Below are positions 10,222 through 19,974 of a DNA stretch of 64,000 bases, in pieces. The stretch's first letter is position 1, and each line of letters begins with the position of its first letter. Source of the DNA: Candidatus Hadarchaeota archaeon (GTDB taxonomy: Archaea > CAYQAE01 > CAYVLA01); assembly GCA_964621445.1 (NCBI GenBank), contig CAZUNO010000002.1, positions 1 to 64,000 of the forward strand. The letters run 5' to 3'. The notes beneath the pieces were generated by a model. The model was given only the letters and a program-made list of their open reading frames with translations. It was not told where the DNA came from and searched no databases. The translations under genes and the position numbers were made by a program.

Positions 10222-11319
10222 TCGGCGGTCAACCTCCCTCCTCAGCCCCGGGTAGTAAAGCCAGAGGTGGCCCAGGGTATCATTCTCACCGAAAACCACC
10301 TCGCCGTCCCGGCCCATTGTGGCTGCCCCAAATTCATAACCATATCTACGTCTTTCGATAACCGAAACAGCTGCCCCCAAATCCCTTACCAACCCGTCAT
10401 TTGGATCGAAGGAGAATAATTTTGATATACCCTTTCCACAGAACCCAAAGACGCGACCGTCGAGGGTTACTGACATTGGCCCGGCGGGGCCGAGCAAAGT
10501 ACTTCCCAGGATTTCCAAGGAGTCAGTCCGTGGGTCCAGGCGGTATAGGCGGCCCGAGGAGTCACCAATGTACATTATAATCCTCTGATGGTCGCTCGCC
10601 CAACTAACACCATTCCCTAAATCCAAATTGTTTAGGCAACCGACCTGTTGTTCCAAATTGTTTTCTCGCGGATCGTAGCGCCATATATGACCATCGGAAA
10701 CCCCATAAAGCCTCCCCAATGGTCCAACGGATATACTGCTACAGGTCCCCTCCAATCTCGATATCAACTCGATGCAATCACCGGATTCCAATCTGAAAAT
10801 ATGGCCCTCGGTTGCCCCCATAACCTCTCCATCGGCGGCGGCTACCCCCAATATGGCCTCCTCTTGGGCCGCTTCTCCTAAATCATGCAGGGGCTTACGG
10901 GTGAACCACCACTCCTGTATAAGATCGAAGGGAAGTGGCTGTAGTTCACCGGAGATAAGCCGGCCGCCCGAGGAGCCGTTCACACCAGCGTAGAAGGATT
11001 GATCCGTACAGCAAATGGATTTGCATTCATTCGCCCCCTCCACAACCCCGAGGTCAAAAACCATACCGGTAACCCCGTGGAACATGCCGACGAAGCAATG
11101 TACCTTTTCCCCGCTGGTACCTCCATAGATGGAACCATCATTCGAGGTCTCCAGTGCCGTGATGTAGCTCTCGTTAGCTGGAATTGGCTTGGTCACTCCC
11201 GGAAAACAGGTAGGAAAGGCCACCATGGTCCCCTCCTTTACGAAGGTTCCATGAACGATCTCGTCCCTTTTCGCCTTGGTATCCGGTCTGCTCAGATCCC
11301 ATTTCTCCCTTTTCTTCAT
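10216..11319 (-). CDS. beta-propeller repeat protein
   Basis: Repeated DGxIYG/GRLYG/DGRVFG and YDP/FDP blade motifs. Confidence 0.7.
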   Translation of the reverse strand: MKKREKWDLSRPDTKAKRDEIVHGTFVKEGTMVAFPTCFPGVTKPIPANESYITALETSNDGSIYGGTSGEKVHCFVGMFHGVTGMVFDLGVVEGANECKSICCTDQSFYAGVNGSSGGRLISGELQPLPFDLIQEWWFTRKPLHDLGEAAQEEAILGVAAADGEVMGATEGHIFRLESGDCIELISRLEGTCSSISVGPLGRLYGVSDGHIWRYDPRENNLEQQVGCLNNLDLGNGVSWASDHQRIIMYIGDSSGRLYRLDPRTDSLEILGSTLLGPAGPMSVTLDGRVFGFCGKGISKLFSFDPNDGLVRDLGAAVSVIERRRYGYEFGAATMGRDGEVVFGENDTLGHLWLYYPGLRREVDRRS

Positions 11320-11323
11320 GTCA

Positions 11324-12559
11324 TCACCCCCAAGTCCTTATGGGAATATCTTCAACTGATTTAGAACACGCCGGCAAGCGAAAGATGCCCGTAGGTTTGG
11401 GACCTACATGACCAAAAAAGAGATCCCCTACTGGATCCACGCCACCCCGAGATACATACTGCGCACAATGCCCGGGTCTGTCCAGTACCGCTATTTCCTC
11501 CATTTCCAAAGAATCCGGTTCCAGCCTGTATACGACCCCCTCCATATCCTTTCCGGTTTTGGTGCTTATCCCCCGCTTTTCATCCCTCCACCTGGAAGCT
11601 ACAAAATACAGGTTGCCGTCCGGGGCAAAGGTAAGGCCCCCGCAGTGATCCTTGAAGGTATCTATAGGCAGGGTCAAATCCCGCTCCTGGGTAACCGGGC
11701 CCAAATCCTCCACTGATCCCCATTCACCCTCAGTGGTATCTATCCTCATTAGTCTCGGTTGGGCGATCCAGGTTACGGCCCACACAAAACCCGTACCCGG
11801 TTGCCTCGCCGCATCATATAGAACGCTGTGCCACCCCGTCTGGTACTCCGGATTATGGGGAAGTATGTAGGGAGATCTCCGAATACGATCCTCCTGGGGG
11901 TCGTACCTAACCAAATGACCGTAATCGTCCGATGTCCACACCCTGTGGCGGTCATCGGTGAACAACACCTGGGCGTTAATCGACCCAATTCTTCCCTTGT
12001 CTTCTCTTTCCCGGCTTTCAATATCATATATGTAAAAATGATCTCTGGGATAGCCCAAGGAATATAGATGGCCAAGTTCCTCATCGATGGCAAGGCACCT
12101 ACATCCCTCTTTGGGTATCATGGTATCCCACCATAACACGCTTTCCTCAGAAGTGTCATAGGCCACTAGAGCACTTCCCCTGAAGCATCTCTCTTCATCG
12201 TGCCAGAACCTCCATGGTGAGTAGGCAGGCAGATCTATGGGTGGACCAGATAGATGGGTTGCCATGTACATGATGTCATCATCGACGGCAGGAGCAAAGC
12301 TATAGTGGATCTTGCATTGAGTGCCGCGACCGGAATCCCTTGGGTCCTCCACCACTTCATCAATATCAAATAGGTATTCAAGACAATCCTCTTCCCTATC
12401 ATATCTAACCACCTTAACAACCCCTCCGGGCACGGTCTCCGCGCATGCCGCGGCATATATCCTACCATCGGGTCCTGTGGAAAGGGACCAACAGGAATCG
12501 GAATCCGGATGTTTGCTAAATTCATACCACTTAGGATTACGGTACATGATCCTCTTCAT
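11324..12559 (-). CDS. beta-propeller repeat protein
   Basis: GPDGRIY, APDGNLYF and YDP repeats; directly upstream of the previous gene. Confidence 0.7.
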   Translation of the reverse strand: MKRIMYRNPKWYEFSKHPDSDSCWSLSTGPDGRIYAAACAETVPGGVVKVVRYDREEDCLEYLFDIDEVVEDPRDSGRGTQCKIHYSFAPAVDDDIMYMATHLSGPPIDLPAYSPWRFWHDEERCFRGSALVAYDTSEESVLWWDTMIPKEGCRCLAIDEELGHLYSLGYPRDHFYIYDIESREREDKGRIGSINAQVLFTDDRHRVWTSDDYGHLVRYDPQEDRIRRSPYILPHNPEYQTGWHSVLYDAARQPGTGFVWAVTWIAQPRLMRIDTTEGEWGSVEDLGPVTQERDLTLPIDTFKDHCGGLTFAPDGNLYFVASRWRDEKRGISTKTGKDMEGVVYRLEPDSLEMEEIAVLDRPGHCAQYVSRGGVDPVGDLFFGHVGPKPTGIFRLPACSKSVEDIPIRTWG

Positions 12560-12618
12560 TAAGGTTCGAGTAGGAATAAATATAACCCAAAAAGCGGCAA
12601 TTTCCATGTCGATTAAAA

Positions 12619-12963
12619 ATGACGGAAATCTCTACGGTAATAGCGGAAATGAGCGTGGTTCCAGTTGGTACTGGCTCCACGAGCCTCTCTAAATACGTGG
12701 CAATTGCCTCCGAGGCACTAGCTCAGGTTGATGGTTTGACTACCAGGATCACTCCCATGGGGACCGTCATGCAGGCCCAAGGTCTTGAACCCATCCTCGA
12801 GGGAGTGAAGAAGGTTCATGAAGCCCTTTCCAAAGCCGGTTTGAACAGGTTGGTCACCGACCTGAGGATTGATGACAGAAGGGACAAGCAGGCCTCAATG
12901 GAAAAGAAGCTGGAATCCGTAGAGAGAAGCCACGGCTCCATACGCAGGGATGCCAAAAAGTGA
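12619..12963 (+). CDS. MTH1187/YkoF-family thiamine-binding protein (DUF77)
   Basis: SVVPVG..SLSKYVA, TPMGT, IDDRRDK motifs. Confidence 0.88.
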   Translation: MTEISTVIAEMSVVPVGTGSTSLSKYVAIASEALAQVDGLTTRITPMGTVMQAQGLEPILEGVKKVHEALSKAGLNRLVTDLRIDDRRDKQASMEKKLESVERSHGSIRRDAKK

Positions 12964-13009
12964 AGGAATACGCAAACCTAATATCTTTAGTTAGCCAAAG
13001 GCTAAGTGG

Positions 13010-13228
13010 ATGAATGAAGAGAATGGCCGGCGGGTGATTCTACTCACCTTATCAGCGGTCCTGTTAACCATGCTGGCAATTGGCGTGGCATACGCCATGG
13101 TAATTAGAGGGTTTCTCTATTTTTCCTGGATATTCGGACTCCCGGAGGCCATGCTTCTAGTCCTGATACTTCTTCTTCTAAAGAAAGTGCTTCACAGATT
13201 GGCACAGGACAACACACCCGTAAATTGA
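13010..13228 (+). CDS. small membrane protein
   Basis: Two TM helices. Confidence 0.5.
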   Translation: MNEENGRRVILLTLSAVLLTMLAIGVAYAMVIRGFLYFSWIFGLPEAMLLVLILLLLKKVLHRLAQDNTPVN

Positions 13229-13234
13229 ACCACC

Positions 13235-14455
13235 TCATTCCGTGTCATAATGGGTTGAACCAACCTCCCGATATAGACTTTTCCTGATCATCAATGTCCA
13301 GAGCGCTACACCGGCGGCTAGGCCCACTCCCGTGGTGACCGCCCACTCGATGAGATAGATCCAGAACAGGGCCCTGTCCTTCAGTTCCATGGCCATTTCA
13401 TTAAGCTCGGCGATTCTACGTTCTATGCCCTGGAGCTTTTCCCTGGAACCATCGTAATCCTGCTCTATGTACAGGCTCTCCGCCCTGCCTATCATGGCCC
13501 TTACCTCTCCTATCTCTTCCTCCACCGGCCTAATGTTGGCCCCAAATCTCTCCACGAAATTGATGGTATCTACTACCGAACTTAGGCTTGCAGCGGTCGT
13601 CCAGAAGCTTGTCCTCAACCCACGGAGTAGTTGAGCATCCTGCGGTATCTCGTTCCTTGTCGCCAGAAAGGCGATATTTGCCACATAATCGGGATAATAC
13701 TTCCATTTCCTGACGTCGGAGGCGCCTCCAGGTGTCCAGTCCGATGAGTGGGCCACGGACCGGCCTTCCCCAAATTCCATATAGGAAAGGGGCGGGTAGC
13801 TGATCTCGTCCGAGGTCAGAAGCTGGGTAGCCGCATTCTTCAAGGTGATTTTATTGGTCCCGTGGAAGAATGGAATACTCTCCCAGGGAAGTGACTGGGT
13901 AAAAGGGTGTTCAATTGCCGGCCTTACCTTGAAGGAGGTATAGACCCACGGCCCCATATTGAAATTGACCGGCAACACATCTTCAAGGGGTGTCCATGGT
14001 TGTCCTCTGGGAGCTCCAAAGCTCTCCATGCCCCCAATCATGGCCAGCCCGAGTCCGACATCACGCACAGCATCCTCTATCCACTTCACGTGATTGTGGC
14101 CCATGAAGATGATATTGGCGTCGCTCAACACGATAAAATCATAATCACTTACCAGTGCTTCGAAAGTCCTAGGCATGTAAAGTCTAACGAACTTCTTCAT
14201 CTTCCGGTTATCGAATGTATGTGCACTCCCTGTATGCAATTCGCTGGTTGGAACCGACATGACGGTGAACGCGGGGTCCACCTGGAATTTTGGAACGGGG
14301 GATGGGCCCCAACCGTCTCCGATATATAAGATCCTAACCCTACCCGTCTCGCTATCACGCCTCCCACCCAGAACCGGGGGGAAAAATCCCGAGATTAGAA
14401 TCATAGGGATCGTAATAAAAACTAACCAAGATGAAAACGGCCTCAAGACCAGCAT
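13235..14455 (-). CDS. secreted GATase1-like (DUF1355-like) protein with helical stalk and C-terminal TM anchor
   Basis: Signal peptide; YDFIVLSD, GLAMIGGMESFG, LEDVLPV, GEGRS..DWTPGG; C-terminus KDRALFWIYLIEW..LWTLMIRKSLYREV. Confidence 0.8.
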   Translation of the reverse strand: MLVLRPFSSWLVFITIPMILISGFFPPVLGGRRDSETGRVRILYIGDGWGPSPVPKFQVDPAFTVMSVPTSELHTGSAHTFDNRKMKKFVRLYMPRTFEALVSDYDFIVLSDANIIFMGHNHVKWIEDAVRDVGLGLAMIGGMESFGAPRGQPWTPLEDVLPVNFNMGPWVYTSFKVRPAIEHPFTQSLPWESIPFFHGTNKITLKNAATQLLTSDEISYPPLSYMEFGEGRSVAHSSDWTPGGASDVRKWKYYPDYVANIAFLATRNEIPQDAQLLRGLRTSFWTTAASLSSVVDTINFVERFGANIRPVEEEIGEVRAMIGRAESLYIEQDYDGSREKLQGIERRIAELNEMAMELKDRALFWIYLIEWAVTTGVGLAAGVALWTLMIRKSLYREVGSTHYDTE

Positions 14456-14511
14456 CTATGATCTAGTAAGACCCACACTTATTAGGATTTCCAAACTCGT
14501 TAAGGGATATA

Positions 14512-16695
14512 ATGAACCAGAATCTCGATTTGAGCTACGAAAACGGGGTTATCTCCGTTCTTGACAGGGAAACCCAGAGGAGATGGAGGACCATAAAGCC
14601 ATGTGCTGCTCTGAGATTGGGAAGCATGGAAGCCGACCATCTGGATATCGACCGGGGAGGCGACATATACCTAAAGGAAAGCAAAGGTAAACTGCGAGGT
14701 AAAATTTCCACTGAAAAAGAGGGGGTCACCATAACGGTCCCTCTAGAAATCCTTATGGAGGACGGAGTTCTCGATATCTGGGTGGGCGAGGTAAAGGGCC
14801 TGCCCGAAGATATCCGGCTTGAATTGGAATTCCCCCGATGCTTTGCCCACCTCCAGGCAGGTGCAGAAGGTTACCTGATAATTCCTATAGGTATGGGAGC
14901 TCTATGTGATTTCTCCCCCTCCAGATCTAGCAGGATTATCACCAAGCAAATCTACTCCGGTGGCCAGACTGGCATTACCATGCCCCTGTCCGGCATCATA
15001 TCCAGGGAACATACATGGGGATGCATCGTGGGAACCCCGTATGATTGTAGTATCAAGACCAGGGTAAATACGGGAAAGGACCACGTTTACGGGCAGACCC
15101 CGGTATGGACATTCGATCGAAGACTAAACTACCCGCGAGAGGCGCACTACTTTCTACTCCCGGGGGGCGATTACGTCGATGCCGCCAGAAGGTACCGTGA
15201 GGAAATGGGAAGGTCAGGGCGATGGCACTCTTTGCGGAGAAAGGCTAAGAAAAATCCTATACTGGAACTCACCATCGGGTCTCTCCTTGGTCATAGGAGA
15301 TTATCCTATGAAAAACCTACCTGCGATGGGAACCTAGATATGGATAACTCCTACGGCTTCTTCCAAACCGCTCTAAAATCGGGTTTTGACAGAGTGGTCG
15401 TACATAATGTACTTCGTGGAGACCCGGATACCATGTCCGAGGCATCCCAATATGCCCGCTCCCTATCACCAGGTTTTCGGCTCTCCGTTTACGAGAACTA
15501 CCTTGATATATTCCGTCCAGGAGAGCAGCCCGAAAAGGCGGGCGTAAAGAGATATCCAGAGTGGGACGAATCCCTTATAGCCCGGAAAGCCGACGGATCC
15601 CTCCGCCCAAACTGGAGGGTAAAGCGCAAGGGTAAACCAGATCTCTGGACCTACACGGTATGCCCTGCACGGAGGCTGAAAGTCGCCCGGCCCCAGATGG
15701 AAAGGATGTCGAGGATTTTGGGAAGGGGCTCCATCTATATCGATGTCGAGGGCGCAGTGCCTCTTTTTGAGTGCTTTGATCGGGACCACCCGGTTACCAG
15801 GGCAGATGACGCCCAACTCCGAAGGGAACTCATCAATGCTGTTAAGCATATTTTTGGCGTGGTTTCCACCGAGGCGCTCCCCCAGGATTTTCTGGCAAAA
15901 GAGGTCGATGTTGGATCATATTTCTCCGTCTTTCCCTATAGCGGATTTGGGAATAGCGACTCGAGGATCATGCCACCCCTAATTCCAATCCCCCTTCACC
16001 CCCTCGTTTGGCATGGATCGATACTAAACCAAACGGGAACGGGAACCACCTTCTATCAATCTGACCCTCCCCATGCAGCGCTATTCGCATGGCTCGCGGA
16101 TACTATGGATGACAAGGGAAGGCGAATAGCGTACAAGCTTAGAAACACGGGCTATGCCGAAATGGTTAATCATGAATTCCTGACCGAGCCCAGGGTAATT
16201 GTGGGGCCGGACGATGCCTTCCACTGCGATGACGTACAGAAAACCGAGTTCTCTGACGGAACTACCGTAATCGCCAACTTCGCTAGTATTCCTTACCATT
16301 GGGAAGGGAGGAAGATACCCCCCATGGACTTTATCATCATCAACAGGAGGGTCGTGCTGAGGCTTGAGCATCCCATCAAGGCCAGCGTCGGGGAAGAGAT
16401 CGAGGTGATTTTAACCGTTGAGAACACCTGGGACAGGGAGATATCCCTGGATGCTATTAAGATCGAGGGGCGAGGTCTAATACATTCGGAAAGGCCTCTA
16501 ATGGAGGCTGATGTTTCCAGACTAGGTATTGGTGAAAGAATTACGGAATCGGTATCCCTCAAGTTACCAGGGGAATCCGGTAAATTATGGTTGGTTGCTA
16601 CCATACAGGTCGATGATGAGGAGCCATGGAGCGTCACCGAGCTGGCCACCTGCCAGGTATCGAGCCAAACTCCGATGGACTGCCAAATGGATTGA
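14512..16695 (+). CDS. GH101/GH129-like (DUF5696-like) glycoside hydrolase
   Basis: DYVDAARRYR, YENYLD, IYIDVEGAVPLFECFDxxHP, STE, IPLHPLVWH; C-terminal Ig-like domain. Confidence 0.65.
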   Translation: MNQNLDLSYENGVISVLDRETQRRWRTIKPCAALRLGSMEADHLDIDRGGDIYLKESKGKLRGKISTEKEGVTITVPLEILMEDGVLDIWVGEVKGLPEDIRLELEFPRCFAHLQAGAEGYLIIPIGMGALCDFSPSRSSRIITKQIYSGGQTGITMPLSGIISREHTWGCIVGTPYDCSIKTRVNTGKDHVYGQTPVWTFDRRLNYPREAHYFLLPGGDYVDAARRYREEMGRSGRWHSLRRKAKKNPILELTIGSLLGHRRLSYEKPTCDGNLDMDNSYGFFQTALKSGFDRVVVHNVLRGDPDTMSEASQYARSLSPGFRLSVYENYLDIFRPGEQPEKAGVKRYPEWDESLIARKADGSLRPNWRVKRKGKPDLWTYTVCPARRLKVARPQMERMSRILGRGSIYIDVEGAVPLFECFDRDHPVTRADDAQLRRELINAVKHIFGVVSTEALPQDFLAKEVDVGSYFSVFPYSGFGNSDSRIMPPLIPIPLHPLVWHGSILNQTGTGTTFYQSDPPHAALFAWLADTMDDKGRRIAYKLRNTGYAEMVNHEFLTEPRVIVGPDDAFHCDDVQKTEFSDGTTVIANFASIPYHWEGRKIPPMDFIIINRRVVLRLEHPIKASVGEEIEVILTVENTWDREISLDAIKIEGRGLIHSERPLMEADVSRLGIGERITESVSLKLPGESGKLWLVATIQVDDEEPWSVTELATCQVSSQTPMDCQMD

Positions 16696-16708
16696 TGGAC
16701 AGCTGGTG

Positions 16709-17750
16709 CTAGGTCATTGGTTCTTTGGAAGCCAGACCATGAAACTCTGTCCTCAGTTCATTCATCTCAGGTATTCTCTCCGGTCTTCTCTTCGGGTGTA
16801 TTCTATTGGTCAGTAATATAGCCAGCATTTCCCTGGTTGGTTCTAGCCAGATTTAAGTACCCGTAAACCCGGTGTGGCCGAATACCCGCCCCGAGATATC
16901 ACTTCGAATCATATCTATGGGGTGCTTCCTCTTAAAGCAGGGAAGCCCATAGGCATTCTCCCCATCGGCGGACCATATCCTGGTCATTTCCCGTACAGTT
17001 CCCGGGGAGAGTAGCCTTATGCCTTTCCCGAGCATCATCCTGCAGAAGAGAGCCGGGTCCTTTACCGATGAGAATGCCCTGCTTGGCCACTCCCCCCCCC
17101 CCCCCTGAGATGGGCCCCCGTTGTGTACCTCTCCAACAAGGACATTGCCCCTTTTTGGAACCCTCTCGGTGGCGGCTATCCTCCTCCCCATACCTTTAGG
17201 AGGGCAGAACATGGTACTATACATATTCAGGGGTTTGTTTATCTCCTCACGGACATCACATCCAGATTTCGGTTAAATATCATCTCCAAAATCCGCCCCA
17301 GGAACATGAACCCGGCATCGCTAAACAGAGTTCTCTTCCCGGTCTCGTATCTCCTTTCGGCCCTGCACACGAGGTCAACTATTTGGGATTTGCTATCCGG
17401 CCTTCCAGGGGTATACCCGAGGGGAGGCTGGAACTGTGAGAGAGAAAGTGGCTAATCTTGACTCCGTCACGCCAACCCCCAGAAAAGCGGCGCACGTATC
17501 TCTTGACTGGATCCTCCGGGTCAACTTCTCCCTCCTCCGATTTCTTCAAGAATAGGGTCCCGGTACATACCGGTTTGGTTAATGAGACCAGGTCGAACAT
17601 GGTCTCCATGAACATCCCTCGCCTTTCAGGGGAAAGCTTCGCAAACCCGCTGCTCCCCTGTGATACTATCTCACCCTTCCTCTCCACGAGCCAAACTGCT
17701 CCCGGAAAAAGCCCCGATTCGATCTTATCATTCAGAAGTGAAGTTAACTC
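16709..17750 (-). pseudogene. beta-lactamase/serine hydrolase family pseudogene
   Basis: FPGAVWLV, FDLVSLTK (SxxK), FSDAGFMFLG and GHTGFTGT*IWLEP..LLTNRIHP lie in different frames; at least 2 frameshifts, a nonsense codon at 16853-16855 and a G14 run. Confidence 0.85.
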
Positions 17751-17814
17751 ATGATGGATTACGAGATTTATTTTAAATAAACCCCACTGAACCGAGGAAA
17801 GTAGATCCTACCCG

Positions 17815-19038
17815 CTACCTGGAACCACGTCTAGTAATTTTTACCTCTTTGTACAACCTCTTCCTAATCATCAAGGTCCACAGGGTCACCCCTGCCACTA
17901 TGCTTACCCCGGAGATACTTAGCCATTCGATTAGATAGATCCAAAATAGGGCCTGTTCCTTTACCTTTACGGCCAGGCTCTGTATGGATTCCAGCTTACC
18001 CAAAGCTCGTCTAGCCTTTTCCAGACCGCCCGAATAATCCTGAGCCAGGTATAGATCCTCGGCCTCTCCCTTCATATCTTCCATTTCGATTATCTCATTT
18101 TCAATTTCCCTGGCACTACCTCCAAAGCTTTCCACGAACTCTACCAGCGAGAACAGAGTACTCTTGCCCACCGAAAGTCTTTGGATGGCCTCCCTATATT
18201 GGTGAACGGTCAGGTAGTCATCGGGAAGATCCCACTGGGCCAAATAAAGCATGAGGTTGATTGCATAGTCCCCATAGTAGCGCCATCTTGACATCTCCCA
18301 CCCTCCACCAGGAGTCCAATCGTGTGACATTGCATAGGTTCGTCCTTCCCCGATATCCCAGGTCGCATAGCACGGGGGATCATTGAACTTGGGGGATATC
18401 CACCTAGTCAACACCGTCGCCCCCTTCCTGGCGAATACAAGATTGCCGCCAGTGCCCAATCTAAGATATTCCGGGCGTGGTTCGTAAGGCAGGCTGGATA
18501 TGAACTCGTTCTGGTATCCCTCAGGGGTTATTCTTATGGGTGCATTGCCACTTACCCAGTCCGGATCTCCGGCAGGTATCTCCACCGGTAGAACTTCCGC
18601 CGTAGGGGTACCGGCCCATGACTCGTGACCAAATCCCGCCCCAAAGGTCTCAAATCCCCCCACCATTACCAATCCCTTTCCCTCCTGAAATACCCCATCC
18701 CTTAGCCAGGAGTGTTGCTCGGATGTGAAAATCCTCCTGTTGGTATCGCTGAGTACCAAGACCTGGTATTTTTCGAGGTAATCCTGATAACTGCGGGGCA
18801 TGTATATCCTCAGGGATTTATAGATGTCGGTCCAATCGATGCCTGCGTAATGCTCCCTGGATCCCTGAACCGGGGTCACCGAAATCATAGCATCTTCTAG
18901 CATGGCCCGGTAGGGACTTACCCCGGGGTAGGGATCTCCGGTATATAGAACTCCCAGAACTCTCTCCCCTTGACCCTGAATTGGTGAAACAATTAGAATA
19001 AAACCAAAAACCAAAATGAGCACAATATTTTCCCTCAT
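17815..19038 (-). CDS. secreted GATase1-like (DUF1355-like) protein with helical stalk and C-terminal TM anchor (paralog)
   Basis: YQVLVLSD, GLVMVGGFETFG, EVLPV, GEGRT..HDWTPGG; KEQALFWIYLIEW..LWTLMIRKRLYKEV. Confidence 0.8.
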   Translation of the reverse strand: MRENIVLILVFGFILIVSPIQGQGERVLGVLYTGDPYPGVSPYRAMLEDAMISVTPVQGSREHYAGIDWTDIYKSLRIYMPRSYQDYLEKYQVLVLSDTNRRIFTSEQHSWLRDGVFQEGKGLVMVGGFETFGAGFGHESWAGTPTAEVLPVEIPAGDPDWVSGNAPIRITPEGYQNEFISSLPYEPRPEYLRLGTGGNLVFARKGATVLTRWISPKFNDPPCYATWDIGEGRTYAMSHDWTPGGGWEMSRWRYYGDYAINLMLYLAQWDLPDDYLTVHQYREAIQRLSVGKSTLFSLVEFVESFGGSAREIENEIIEMEDMKGEAEDLYLAQDYSGGLEKARRALGKLESIQSLAVKVKEQALFWIYLIEWLSISGVSIVAGVTLWTLMIRKRLYKEVKITRRGSR

Positions 19039-19100
19039 TTCAATATCGCCCAACCCAGTCCCTAAAATGGCAAAAAACATGAGATTTTATAAGTCATTTT

Positions 19101-19119
19101 GAGTTAACTCGTAATTACG
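19101..19119. promoter_or_regulatory. two overlapping perfect 10-bp palindromes, putative operator in a divergent intergenic region
   Basis: GAGTTAACTC (19101-19110) and CGTAATTACG (19110-19119). Confidence 0.35.
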
Positions 19120-19226
19120 CAATAAAAATCTACCTGGAAACGCTTTTGACCGCGAGACACTTCAAGCAATCTAGGCCTTTTACAAAGACACTTATATCCC
19201 GTCATTTCAATTATCTATCGATAGGC

Positions 19227-19847
19227 TTGGCATATAAGTTCGCTTTCGATCTCACAGGTATTTCCCGCTCCTTCTTCCGAGAGATAGCCAAGGTATCGGA
19301 ACAGAGAAATATTCACCGGAAACTTGGTAGCATCGCCGAACATATGATGAACAAGTTCAATCTAAAGGAGGCCACCGGTCTTCCCCTAAATGATGCGGTC
19401 ACCCTGCTAAACGATATGGTTGACATCTATGCAAAAAACCTATCCCAGGAGGAGGACTTTCGAAGGACCGAGAAACGTGCGCTACTCCTCCCCCACTGCG
19501 CTAGAAAGTATATGGATAATAGATGCCAGGCAAAATTTGATCCCCAGCTCTCAACCTACAGGTGTCAGCATTGCTCACAAGACTGCCTAATCAGCCAGGG
19601 CGTTGAAATTGGCGAGAGCCACGGGTATGATGTATACGTCCTCCCGGGGGGGTCATGTATCCACAAGCTACTAATCCACTGCAACTATGACGGCATAGTG
19701 GGAGTTGCCTGCCCAAACGAGATACAGCTCGGCATGCAGGAACTGGATGGCGTAATGCCCTTCCAGGCCGTCCCCCTGCTGAGAAACGGTTGCTCAAATA
19801 CGAAATACAATCCCGAAACCCTTGAGGATGTTCTAATCAACTCCTAA
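19227..19847 (+). CDS. DUF116 family protein
   Basis: LLLPHCAR, CQHC..C, VLPGGS, GIVGVAC, PLLRNGC; TTG start 19227 inferred. Confidence 0.85.
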   Translation: MAYKFAFDLTGISRSFFREIAKVSEQRNIHRKLGSIAEHMMNKFNLKEATGLPLNDAVTLLNDMVDIYAKNLSQEEDFRRTEKRALLLPHCARKYMDNRCQAKFDPQLSTYRCQHCSQDCLISQGVEIGESHGYDVYVLPGGSCIHKLLIHCNYDGIVGVACPNEIQLGMQELDGVMPFQAVPLLRNGCSNTKYNPETLEDVLINS

Positions 19848-19974
19848 TCCCGCTACATATTTCCCCGGGCCTTCTGGAAGAGGCGTATTTCCATCCATTA
19901 TTACAGGCTGGCAACATTTAAGATTCCGATTGGCCCTACGCACTTTTACCCTCACTCGAGCTGGGGCATCTTCA

